Of a DNA stretch of 64,000 bases, positions 48,579 through 57,443 are shown in pieces. The stretch covers positions 11,039 through 75,038 of the forward strand of contig CAYVDY010000001.1 of assembly GCA_964450255.1 (NCBI GenBank), read 5' to 3'. The translations under genes and the position numbers were made by a program. This stretch comes from an uncultured Candidatus Solibacter sp. Lineage in GTDB: Bacteria > Acidobacteriota > Terriglobia > Bryobacterales > Bryobacteraceae. Under the pieces are notes generated by a model. It was not told the DNA's origin. It worked only from the letters and a program-made list of their open reading frames with translations, and did no database searches. Numbering within the stretch: the first letter of the stretch is position 1; each line of letters starts with the position of its first letter.

Positions 48579-49784
48579 TTAGCAAACAGCCGCGGCCGAA
48601 ACGAAGCTCATGACTTCGCTGACGACCCTGACCTGCTGGCTGCCTTCGAGTTGCGGGAACATCGGCAACGAGACGATCTCCGCCGCCACCCGTTCGGTCA
48701 CGGGGAAGTCACCCTGCGCATAGCCCAGGGTCTTGTACGCATCCTGCAAATGCAGCGGGACCGGATAGTGAATGCCGGTGCCGATGCCCACGGCGCCCAA
48801 CTGCTTCATCAGCTCATCGCGGTTCTGCACCCGTACGACGTAGAGATGATAAACAGCCTTGCTCCATTCGGGCTGATACGGCAGCGTAATGCGGCCGTCC
48901 ACTTCCCCGAACAGCTCGCGGTAGCGCACCGCGGCCGCCTGGCGCTGCTCGGTCCACTCCGGCAGGTGCTTCAGTTTGGCGCGCAGAATGCCGGCCTGGA
49001 TAGAATCCAGCCGACCGTTGTAGCCTTCGACCTGGTGATAGTATTTCTGGCTCTGGCCGTGATCGCGCAACATGCGCATCTTCCTAGCCAAGCCTTCATC
49101 GTTGGTGGTGACGGCACCGGCTTCGCCACACGCGCCCAGATTCTTGCCGGGATAGAAGCTGAAGGCGGCCGCGAGGCCCATCGAACCGGCCTTCCGCCAG
49201 CGATTCTCCTTGCGGGAGAAGTACTCCGCTCCGTGCGCCTGGCAGGCGTCTTCCACCACGATCAGGTTGTATTGCTCCGCCAGTTCCAGGATGGGGTCCA
49301 TGTCGGCCGTCTGGCCGTAGAGATGCACGGGCACGATGGCGGCGACGCGAAGGCCGCTCCGGCGATCGGTCAGCTTGCGGACTTCCGGGTCGAAATCGCA
49401 GTCCGTTTCCAGGTAGTGCTTGAGCCGCGCCGGGTCCATGTTGTACGTGGCCTCGTCGATATCGACGAAGACGGGCCGGGCGCCGGACTGGGAGATGGCC
49501 TCCGTGGTGGCGATGAAGGTGTGCGGCACGGTGACGACGGCATCGCCGGCGCCGATGCCGGCCGCCAGGAAGGCGAAGCGCAGCGCATCGGTGCCGCTGC
49601 CGACTCCGACGCAGTGGCGCGTGCCGCAGTACTGGGCGAAGTCCTCTTCGAAGCCCTGCACCATGGGACCGCCGATGAAGCCGGCCGTGGAGAGGGCGGC
49701 GGTGAAGACCGCGGTGAGTTCGTCCTTCAGCTCGGCATGGGGAGTGACGAGATCCAAAAACGGGATGTTTGCTGTGCCGCTCAT
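48579..49784 (-). CDS. DegT/DnrJ family sugar aminotransferase (WbpE-like)
   Basis: IPFLDL, GSGTDAL, PVHLYGQ, EDACQAHGA, FSFYPGKNLGACGEAG. Confidence 0.93.
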   Translation of the reverse strand: MSGTANIPFLDLVTPHAELKDELTAVFTAALSTAGFIGGPMVQGFEEDFAQYCGTRHCVGVGSGTDALRFAFLAAGIGAGDAVVTVPHTFIATTEAISQSGARPVFVDIDEATYNMDPARLKHYLETDCDFDPEVRKLTDRRSGLRVAAIVPVHLYGQTADMDPILELAEQYNLIVVEDACQAHGAEYFSRKENRWRKAGSMGLAAAFSFYPGKNLGACGEAGAVTTNDEGLARKMRMLRDHGQSQKYYHQVEGYNGRLDSIQAGILRAKLKHLPEWTEQRQAAAVRYRELFGEVDGRITLPYQPEWSKAVYHLYVVRVQNRDELMKQLGAVGIGTGIHYPVPLHLQDAYKTLGYAQGDFPVTERVAAEIVSLPMFPQLEGSQQVRVVSEVMSFVSAAAVC

Positions 49785-50278
49785 TCGGCGCCTCCTGTGG
49801 GGACAGATACTTTGCGCAACACGCGGGCCGGATTCCCGGCGGCGATCGTATCCGGGGGGATGTCCCGGGTGACGACGCTGCCGGCGCCCACGATGGCGTT
49901 CTCGCCAATGGTCACGTTGGCGAGGATGGTGGCTCCGGAGCCGATGGAGGCTCCCTTTTTGACCAGAGTCGGATCGACTTTCCAGTCGGCTTCGGTTTGC
50001 AGGGCGCCGCCGGGGGCGGTGGCGCGGGGGTACATGTCGTTGATGAAGACGACACCGTGGCCGATGAAGACGTTGTCCTCGATGGTGACGCCTTCACAGA
50101 TGAAGGTGTGGCTGGAGATTTTGCAGCGGGCGCCGATGGTGGCGTTCTTCTGGACTTCGACGAAGGTGCCGAGCTTGGTTTCGTCGCCGATGCGGCAGCC
50201 GTAGAGATTGACGAACTGGGCGAGCTTGACGCCGGCGCCGAGCTGGACGTCGGGCGCGATGGAGCGGAAGTCGCTCAT
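49781..50278 (-). CDS. Hexapeptide-repeat N-acetyltransferase (WbpD-like)
   Basis: NLYGCRIG...CKISSHTFICEGV...VFIND...AGNPAR. ATG at 50278 overlaps the upstream stop. Confidence 0.92.
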   Translation of the reverse strand: MSDFRSIAPDVQLGAGVKLAQFVNLYGCRIGDETKLGTFVEVQKNATIGARCKISSHTFICEGVTIEDNVFIGHGVVFINDMYPRATAPGGALQTEADWKVDPTLVKKGASIGSGATILANVTIGENAIVGAGSVVTRDIPPDTIAAGNPARVLRKVSVPTGGAE

Positions 50279-51276
50279 GCGTACACCATCTCGCCTTTCC
50301 GCTTGAGCGAGGTTTCGGCGGCTTCCAGCATTTTGACCACGCGCAGGCCGGACTGGCCGTCGTTGAAGGGGCGCTGGCCGGACTTGACGCACTCGATGAA
50401 GTAGGCGAGCTCGAGCTTGAGGGCTTCGGTGGCTTCCACCTTGGGGGACCACATATCGCCGGAGCGGTAGCTGACAAGGGCTTCGTAGACGCCTTCCGGG
50501 CTGGTGATGTTGACGCCGCGGTCGTAGACCTTGATCTTCTCGTCGGCTTCCAGATCGTTCCAGACCAGCATCTTCTTCTCGCCGCCGATCAGGGTGGTGC
50601 GGATCTTGACGGGGGAGAGCCAGTTGACGTTGAGGTGGGCGATGACGTTATCGGGGTAGTAGACGGTCATGTAGGCGACGTCGGCGTGGCCGTTGAGGTG
50701 GCCGGAGCCGGTGGCGACGATGGCTTCGGCTTCGCGGCCGATGAGGTAATCGACGATGGAGAGGTCGTGGGGGGCGAGATCCCAGAGGACGTTGACGTCG
50801 TGCTGGAAGAGGCCCAGGTTGACGCGCATGGAGTCGTAGTAATAGAGCTTGCCGAGGGTGCCGTCGTCGACGAGCTGGCGGATTTTGCGAACGGCGCCGG
50901 TGAAGAGGAACGTATGATCCACCATGATGGTGAGGTTCTTCTGTTCGGCGAGTTCGATGAGCTCTTCGGCCTGGGCGGCGGTGGCGGTGAAGGGTTTCTC
51001 GATGAAGACGTGCTTGCCGTTCTGGAGGGCCTGCCGGGCGAGATCGAAGTGGGTCCAGACGGGGGTGATGACGGCGATGGCGTCGATGTTGGGATTGGTG
51101 AGGAGTTCCGAGGCGTCGGCGGTGACGTGAACGTCGGGGTAGGCTCGTTTGGCGCGGGCCAGGTTTTTTTCACTCTTGTCGCAGATGGCAACGACCTTTT
51201 CAGGGCTAATGCCATGAATATTTCGGACGATATTGGGACCCCAATATCCGTATCCAATAATTCCAAAGCGGACCAT
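50275..51276 (-). CDS. Gfo/Idh/MocA oxidoreductase (WbpB-like)
   Basis: GYGYWGPN, KHVFIEKP, WDLAPHD. Confidence 0.92.
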   Translation of the reverse strand: MVRFGIIGYGYWGPNIVRNIHGISPEKVVAICDKSEKNLARAKRAYPDVHVTADASELLTNPNIDAIAVITPVWTHFDLARQALQNGKHVFIEKPFTATAAQAEELIELAEQKNLTIMVDHTFLFTGAVRKIRQLVDDGTLGKLYYYDSMRVNLGLFQHDVNVLWDLAPHDLSIVDYLIGREAEAIVATGSGHLNGHADVAYMTVYYPDNVIAHLNVNWLSPVKIRTTLIGGEKKMLVWNDLEADEKIKVYDRGVNITSPEGVYEALVSYRSGDMWSPKVEATEALKLELAYFIECVKSGQRPFNDGQSGLRVVKMLEAAETSLKRKGEMVYA

Positions 51277-51300
51277 GGGAGGACCTCCGAGGACGGGTTA

Positions 51301-52452
51301 CTATCGTGCGCCCTCTCCGCCGAGGACGGCGCGGGGCGTCTGTAAGAGAATTTTGAGGTCGAGCCAGAGCGACCAGGAGATGGCGTATCTGAGGTCGAGG
51401 CGGACCATTTCATCGAACCCGACGCGGCTGCGGCCCGTGACCTGCCAGAGACCGGTGATGCCGGGTTTGGCGGCCAGGACACGGCGGCGGTGCCAGGTGT
51501 CGTAGTATTTGACTTCGTAAGGGATGGGGGGGCGGGGGCCGACGAGGGACATATCGCCGACGAGGACGTTGAAGAGCTGGGGGAGCTCGTCGAGGCTGGA
51601 GCGGCGGAGGAAGCGGCCGATGGGGGTGATGCGCGGGTCGTTGGTGAGTTTGTAGGCCTGCTGGCCGTCGTTGGGCTGGTGGGCGGCGCCGTTGTGGTTG
51701 GTGATGAGGGTCTTGACGAACTCTTCATGGATGGCCTGGTTGTTGTTGCAGACCATGGAGCGGAACTTCCAGAAGCTGAAAGAGCGGCCGTAGTGGCCGA
51801 CGCGCTGCTGTTTGAAGAGGACGGGGCCGGGGGACGTGAGTTTGACGAGCGCGGCGATGGCGGCCATGATGGGCGCGAGGATTAGCAGAGCGGAGAGGCT
51901 GCCGGCGATATCCACGGCGCGCTTGACGGCTTTGCAGGCTTTGCGGGGAAGGCGGGATTCGGCGGGGTCGGCCGGCACCAGGGTGCCGTCGCCGGAGTCG
52001 TCGTCGTCGTCCTGATCCCAGTTGGCGGGGAAGATGTGGAGGTGGATGTCGATCTGGTTGGCCTGTTCGGAGCCTAGAGCGGTGGAGAGGACCTTGGCGG
52101 CTTTGGCGCGGAGGGTGCGGGTGACTTCCTTTTCGCAGGCGGAGCCGATTTCGGTGAAGATGACGCCGATGACGGAACCCTGTTTGTACCAGCCGGTGAT
52201 GTCGGTGGCGCGGATGGAGGCGGAGAGGGTGTTCAGGATGCTTTCGAGCGATTTCCGGGGGCTGGCAGCGGAGCGGAGGGGGGAGCAGTGCATGAGCAGA
52301 AGGACGAAGCGGCGGCCGGAGCGTTCGGTGCGCCTTTGCTCGACGTTGAGGACTTGCAGGAAGGGTTCTTCGGGCAGGAGGTCCAAGCCGGAGAGTTCCT
52401 CTTTGGCGATACGGGTTTTCCAACCGGACACAGAAAAGGCTGACGCTGACAT
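51301..52452 (-). CDS. Priming sugar transferase (polyprenyl glycosylphosphotransferase) with an N-terminal degenerate GGDEF-like domain
   Basis: [49 protein letters not shown]. Confidence 0.93.
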   Translation of the reverse strand: MSASAFSVSGWKTRIAKEELSGLDLLPEEPFLQVLNVEQRRTERSGRRFVLLLMHCSPLRSAASPRKSLESILNTLSASIRATDITGWYKQGSVIGVIFTEIGSACEKEVTRTLRAKAAKVLSTALGSEQANQIDIHLHIFPANWDQDDDDDSGDGTLVPADPAESRLPRKACKAVKRAVDIAGSLSALLILAPIMAAIAALVKLTSPGPVLFKQQRVGHYGRSFSFWKFRSMVCNNNQAIHEEFVKTLITNHNGAAHQPNDGQQAYKLTNDPRITPIGRFLRRSSLDELPQLFNVLVGDMSLVGPRPPIPYEVKYYDTWHRRRVLAAKPGITGLWQVTGRSRVGFDEMVRLDLRYAISWSLWLDLKILLQTPRAVLGGEGAR

Positions 52453-53066
52453 TGTTCTCCTCCAAGCAGTAGTGCTTGCCTTATCCTGACCTGCGGTGTT
52501 GATGGGGCCTTGGCTCGAAAAGACGCCAGCGGCGCATCGTCTGGTTACTGCTGGTGCCTGGACCGGATCTGGTGGAGCCGGGTGATGTTGCCTGTAACAT
52601 CTTTACTTGTACGCGTTTGCGTTCCCGCCAAGATGCGACTTAGTGTGCGGGGAGCGCCTGATGGGACGGACCATCCGGCGGTGCGCGATTAGAACAAGCT
52701 ACCGCCCTTTTTGCCCCATATGGAGGGAGCATCCAGGGTCCGGCGAGCTGACCAGGAGCTTGTCCGGAACACAGTGAAGCATAACATAAGAATCCGGCCG
52801 ATAACACCAAAAAAAACGCGGATATAGTACTGATTCATATTGGGGTAAACCGGAGTTCTACTCATTGATTACTAAGGTGTTACGGGTGTACTGGAAATGG
52901 AGTACCAGTACTCTCATTTTAGGTGTATGGGGGGTGCTCGCTTGATCCCGCCAAAGGAAGTCCCCTACTCTAAGGGGGATAGTTTCGTCAGGTTGGGGGC
53001 TCTCCGGCCGGGCGAGGGCGTTGGGTCGGGTTTGGTGAAGAAGTAGATGTGGAGGAGAGGATAGGC

Positions 53067-53768
53067 ATGAAAAGGTTTTTCGGTCGCGGATTGGTCGTCG
53101 TGGCGATGATGACGCTTGGGGCGATGCTGTGGGCTGATCCGCTGATCCCGACTTTGTACAACACTGGTGTGAACGACAGCCACGCTGTGTTATTGAACGG
53201 GGCCGTCGACACCCATTACAAAGCCACACCGCCAGGCGCCAGCCCGTTCGCCGTCACGTCGGCAGGCGGGTTCCCGGTGGGGCCGTGGATCGGCGACAAC
53301 TCTCTTTCAACCTGGGTGCGGCCTACCAACAACTCTGCCAACGGCGAAACCGATCCGAATGGGAGCTACGCCTACACGACGACGTTTGATCTGACTGGCC
53401 GAATCGGTTCCACCGCCCAGATCACCGGGCGATGGTCGAGTGATAACAACGGCCTCGGGATCAAGATCAATGGTGTCAGCGTCACACCTGCGTTGAACGG
53501 CTCTTTTGTCAACTTGCCTCCCTATGAGGGATTCCGCAACTGGTATAGCTTTGGGATCTTTGGGGGGTTCCTGGGAAATCAGGTGAACACGCTGGAGTTT
53601 ACGGTGGTCAACGGGGTACAGAGTTCCGGCAATCCAAGCGGTCTTCGGGTGGAGATGACGGGCACTGCCGCAGTCCCGGAAGGCGCTGAGTCCCTCTGCC
53701 TGGTTCTGATGGCGGGCGGCCTGTTCTTGGTGGCGGCGCGCCGGAAGTCCATGGTTCGTCTACAGTAA
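53067..53768 (+). CDS. PEP-CTERM-like sorted protein (VPEG variant)
   Basis: Signal peptide; LYNTGV...YTTTFDLTG...SDN...NTLEFTVVN...NPSGLRV; C-terminal VPEG, then a TM helix and RRK. Confidence 0.82.
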   Translation: MKRFFGRGLVVVAMMTLGAMLWADPLIPTLYNTGVNDSHAVLLNGAVDTHYKATPPGASPFAVTSAGGFPVGPWIGDNSLSTWVRPTNNSANGETDPNGSYAYTTTFDLTGRIGSTAQITGRWSSDNNGLGIKINGVSVTPALNGSFVNLPPYEGFRNWYSFGIFGGFLGNQVNTLEFTVVNGVQSSGNPSGLRVEMTGTAAVPEGAESLCLVLMAGGLFLVAARRKSMVRLQ

Positions 53769-53837
53769 AATTGCTGGCTTGGTGAGTCGCGAGCATCGGG
53801 AACAGCGTCGATCCTTTTACAGCTACACGAGAGACAG

Positions 53838-53870
53838 AAAGGCCTGCGGTACTCCACCGCGGGCCTTTTT
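53838..53870 (+). terminator. Intrinsic terminator
   Basis: AAAGGCCTGCGGT-ACTCC-ACCGCGGGCCTTTTT. Confidence 0.75.
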
Positions 53871-54125
53871 CCTTGAGGCGACTGTCATGGGGCCCGTACA
53901 GATGGGTGGAGGAGTGGAGTATGATAAAGCCAATCGAGCAGTAGGCTCGCGATCGTCTCAGACGTGTTTGTGAGTGTAGCCGTATGATGAACGACATGCA
54001 AACCGCACTCGGAGTTCACCCAAACAGATGACGCACAACCAATTATAGTCCCGCACTCTATTGATTCAATGGACAATAGTCGAATAGTGGATTGGCTGTA
54101 GGCGTTACAGGGGAGGAGAGTTCGC

Positions 54126-54704
54126 ATGACGTGCCCGGTTCCGGAGAGCGTTCCCACGAGCGTGGGCTACCCCTGGTTTGCGGTACGTGTGCGTTCCAAC
54201 CGGGAGAACGTGGTCAGCCTACACTTGCGCGAGCGGGGGTTCGAACAGTTTTGTCCTTCCTATCATGTGGAAAGCCAGTGGACCGACCGGAAGAAGTTGA
54301 CGGAGAAGTTCCTGTTCCCCGGTTACGTGTTCTGCCGGGTGAATCCTTCGGACCGGTTGCCGGTGTTGATCATTCCCGGGGTGGTGGGGCTGATCAGCTT
54401 TGGGCCGACGCCGGCGCCGATTCCGGATACCGAGATTGAGCGGGTGCAGATGATGGTGCGGTCGGGTTTACCGGTGGCGCCGTGGCCGTATTTGCAGCAG
54501 GGGGATCGGGTGTTGATCGAGCACGGGCCTCTGGCGGGGTTGGAGGGGGTTCTGCAGCGGACCAAGGGGAAGTACCGCCTGGTGGTGTCTCTCAACCTGT
54601 TGCAGCGCTCGGTTTCCGCCGAAGTGGAGAGGGAGTGGGTGCGGCCCATTCCGCAGGCGCTTGCGCGGCGACAGAGTCCGGCCGGGAACGGGCCGGGATT
54701 GTGA
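54126..54704 (+). CDS. NusG paralog, UpxY/LoaP/RfaH-like transcription antiterminator
   Basis: WFAVRVRSNRE, LFPGYVF (NGN domain) and GDRVLIEHGPLAGLEG (KOW domain). Confidence 0.9.
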   Translation: MTCPVPESVPTSVGYPWFAVRVRSNRENVVSLHLRERGFEQFCPSYHVESQWTDRKKLTEKFLFPGYVFCRVNPSDRLPVLIIPGVVGLISFGPTPAPIPDTEIERVQMMVRSGLPVAPWPYLQQGDRVLIEHGPLAGLEGVLQRTKGKYRLVVSLNLLQRSVSAEVEREWVRPIPQALARRQSPAGNGPGL

Positions 54705-54739
54705 AGCAGATTCTGATTATGCGTTGAGGTTGTCACGGC

Positions 54740-55747
54740 ATGATAAGGTTTCGTTCGATCGGGCTTGGGTGCCTGTTGCTAGCGGCGATGGGCTTGACGG
54801 CGTGGGGCCAGCGGGCACAGCGGCCGGCGGGCGGAGCTTCGAGCATGGAGCAGATCACCAATGCGGTGAGGCCCGATTACACGATGGGCCCCGACGATCA
54901 GATTCTGATTCGATCTTCGCAGGTGCCGGAGATCAATGAGCGGCCGTTCCGGATTGACGCGGATGGGTTTGTGGAGCTGCCGATTGTGGGCAAGATCCGG
55001 GCGGGCGGGATTACCTTGCAGGCTTTCGAGAAGGAGCTGACGAACCGGCTGCGCGAGTTTGTACGCGATCCGCAGGTGTTCGTCAGCTTGGCTCAGTTTC
55101 GCGGAGAGCCGGTGTTCTTTGTCGGCGCATTTGGCGCGCCTGGGATCTATCCGCTTTCCGGGCGGCGGACACTGGTGGAGATGCTGACGGTGGTGGGCGG
55201 CATTTCGCCGAACGCGACGCGGCGGATCAAGATCACGCGGCGCACGGACTATGGTCCGATGCCTTTGCCGAATGCCGTGGAGAATGTAGAGAAGAAGATC
55301 AGCACGGTGGAGATCAGCCTGAACAGTCTTTCGGAGAACATCAATCCGGAAGAGGATATCGTTTTGCAGCCCTACGATGTGATCAGCGCGGAGCGAGCGG
55401 AGCGGGTCTATGTGAGCGGGGATGTCGCCAGGGCGGCTAGTATTGAACTGGGCGAGCGGAGTTCCATCTCCATCGCGCAGGCGCTGACGGAGGCGGGCGG
55501 ATTCGCCCCAACCGCGAAGCGCAACCAGGTGCGAGTCTTGCGGCTGATCTCCGGTACGGACCGGCGCGCCGAGATTCTCGTTGATGCCGGCCGGGTGTTC
55601 GAGGGGAAGGACAGGGACTTCCCGCTGCTGCCGAACGACGTGGTGTATGTGCCGTCGTCCAAGTTGCAGGAGTTTGCCTTGAGGTCGGCCACCGGCATGG
55701 TGTCATCGCTGCCCTTCCTGCTGATCAACGTGTTTCTGAGGCGATGA
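54740..55747 (+). CDS. Polysaccharide export protein (Wza/EpsE-like; Poly_export plus SLBB)
   Basis: YTMGPDDQI, IDADGFVELPIVG, DPQVFV and SLBB repeats. Confidence 0.9.
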   Translation: MIRFRSIGLGCLLLAAMGLTAWGQRAQRPAGGASSMEQITNAVRPDYTMGPDDQILIRSSQVPEINERPFRIDADGFVELPIVGKIRAGGITLQAFEKELTNRLREFVRDPQVFVSLAQFRGEPVFFVGAFGAPGIYPLSGRRTLVEMLTVVGGISPNATRRIKITRRTDYGPMPLPNAVENVEKKISTVEISLNSLSENINPEEDIVLQPYDVISAERAERVYVSGDVARAASIELGERSSISIAQALTEAGGFAPTAKRNQVRVLRLISGTDRRAEILVDAGRVFEGKDRDFPLLPNDVVYVPSSKLQEFALRSATGMVSSLPFLLINVFLRR

Positions 55748-55757
55748 TCATGCCGCT

Positions 55758-56459
55758 GTGCCCACTTGGCACATTCGATTGCGAAACCGGAGTTTCTGTG
55801 AAGGGGGAACGGGTTTGTCTTGTTCTAGTTTGATCGCCTTGATGCTTTCCGCACTGTTGGTATTTCCCATGCAGTTGGCTGCGCGGCAGATGCCCGGCCA
55901 ACCCGCTGCGCCTCCGGCTGCGCCGCCGGCCAGCACGGGCCGCCAGTTGGCTCCGGGTGGATTGCGGATCCTCGTGCTGGAAGGCCAGAACGTCCACAAC
56001 AGCCTGACGAACAAGTCGGCCGTCAGCCCGGTGGTTCAGGTGTTGGATGCAGTGGATCAGCCGGTGCAGGGCGCTAGCGTGACCTTTGAGGTGCCACCGG
56101 CGGGACCGGGCGGCACATTTGGCGGCCAACCGATTGCCACCACCAAGACGGACTCCGCTGGCCAGGCGACCGCGGCGCTGACGATCAATAGCACGCCCGG
56201 CTCCTTTGTCATCAAGGTGACTGCTTCGTTCGCGGGTCAAAGTGGGGAGGCGATTATCCGCCAGGCCAACGACGCCAAGGTCCTGGAGGCGATGGTGCCC
56301 CTGCCCCCAAGACCCTGGTACAAGAACTGGAAGTGGTGGGCTGTGATCGGCGCGGGTGCGGGCGCAGCCATCGCGACGTCGGTGATACTGCTCGATCGAA
56401 ACAACACCTCGACCATCACCATTGCGCCGGGCACGGTCGTTATCGGAGGTCCGCGGTAA
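55758..56459 (+). CDS. Secreted/membrane protein with a Big_1-like Ig domain
   Basis: VQVLDAVDQPVQGASVTF...TDSAGQA; PWYKNWKWW followed by a hydrophobic helix. The start is probably downstream, near 55842. Confidence 0.65.
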   Translation: MPTWHIRLRNRSFCEGGTGLSCSSLIALMLSALLVFPMQLAARQMPGQPAAPPAAPPASTGRQLAPGGLRILVLEGQNVHNSLTNKSAVSPVVQVLDAVDQPVQGASVTFEVPPAGPGGTFGGQPIATTKTDSAGQATAALTINSTPGSFVIKVTASFAGQSGEAIIRQANDAKVLEAMVPLPPRPWYKNWKWWAVIGAGAGAAIATSVILLDRNNTSTITIAPGTVVIGGPR

Positions 56460-56462
56460 ACC

Positions 56463-57443
56463 ATGTCATTCCGGACGAGCCTGAGTTTGGCCCTGTGCGG
56501 CGCCGCCCTCTCCTGTTTCGGACAGGGGATTCAAGTCGGCGGCCCCATCACGGGCCTGGTTTACGATGCACCCAGCAAATCGCTGCGGCAGATCCTCGGC
56601 ATGCCCGGCGCCGCGCGCCTTGGCGCGCCGCTGCTTTCCGAAGTAGATTGGGCCTCGGTCGCTCCCGATGGGCGAACCGCGGTGGTTGTGGTCAATGGCG
56701 AAGCACGGCTGGTTTCGAGTAAGGACATCACCCAGGAATCGCCCGGCGCACCGATAATGGGCCTGCTGAGTGCACCCCGGTTTTCCAGTTGGGCAGAGGA
56801 CTCTTCGTCTCTGGTTCTATATTCGGCAGAGAACCGGTCTCTGCAGTGGGTGCGGTTGAATGCACAGTCCGTCGAAGCGGATCCGGCAATGCCGTTGACA
56901 GGGTTCGATGGCGAGGTCACCGCCATGGCGGCAGACAAGGCCTCGGCAGTCACGGTTCTATCCGTCGCTGGCAGCGGTGTGTACCTGGTTGGATCCTCCG
57001 GAGCGGCGACGTTGCTTTTGCCCTCGGCAGAGGTCTCCGCGATCGCGCTGGAACCAGGCGGCCAGACGCTCTGGGTCGCTGACCGGACCAACGCTCAGCT
57101 TGTGCAACTGACAGAGCTCGGCTTCACCCCCACGGCTCAAGTGCTGATCTCGGATCCGGAGAAACTGGCCGACATATCGGCCTTGGGGCTCTCCTTCGAC
57201 AAGCGAAGACTCTACCTGGCGAGCCGTTCCACTCAACTCCTTTATGAGTTTGACCGCTCCGCCGCGCTTCTATCCGAGGGCATTGCGCTGGATGCGCCGG
57301 CGGAACTTTTGTTGCCGTTGGGACGCCCATCGCTGCGGTTGTTGGGCCAGAGAGGCAAACTCGGCGCGCCCTTGTATCTGCTCGATGAGAAGTCAGGCCC
57401 CGGTTTATTCTTTGTGCCGGCGGGAGAGGGAGAACAGCAGTAA
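56463..57443 (+). CDS. Secreted beta-propeller-like hypothetical protein
   Basis: Signal peptide; GPITGLVYD...LRQILGMPGAA; xxPDG/LWVAD blade-like repeats. Confidence 0.65.
   Translation: MSFRTSLSLALCGAALSCFGQGIQVGGPITGLVYDAPSKSLRQILGMPGAARLGAPLLSEVDWASVAPDGRTAVVVVNGEARLVSSKDITQESPGAPIMGLLSAPRFSSWAEDSSSLVLYSAENRSLQWVRLNAQSVEADPAMPLTGFDGEVTAMAADKASAVTVLSVAGSGVYLVGSSGAATLLLPSAEVSAIALEPGGQTLWVADRTNAQLVQLTELGFTPTAQVLISDPEKLADISALGLSFDKRRLYLASRSTQLLYEFDRSAALLSEGIALDAPAELLLPLGRPSLRLLGQRGKLGAPLYLLDEKSGPGLFFVPAGEGEQQ

Noticed and set aside
48315..50204. 629-aa plus-strand ORF
   Set aside because: Antisense to well-supported aminotransferase and acetyltransferase genes.
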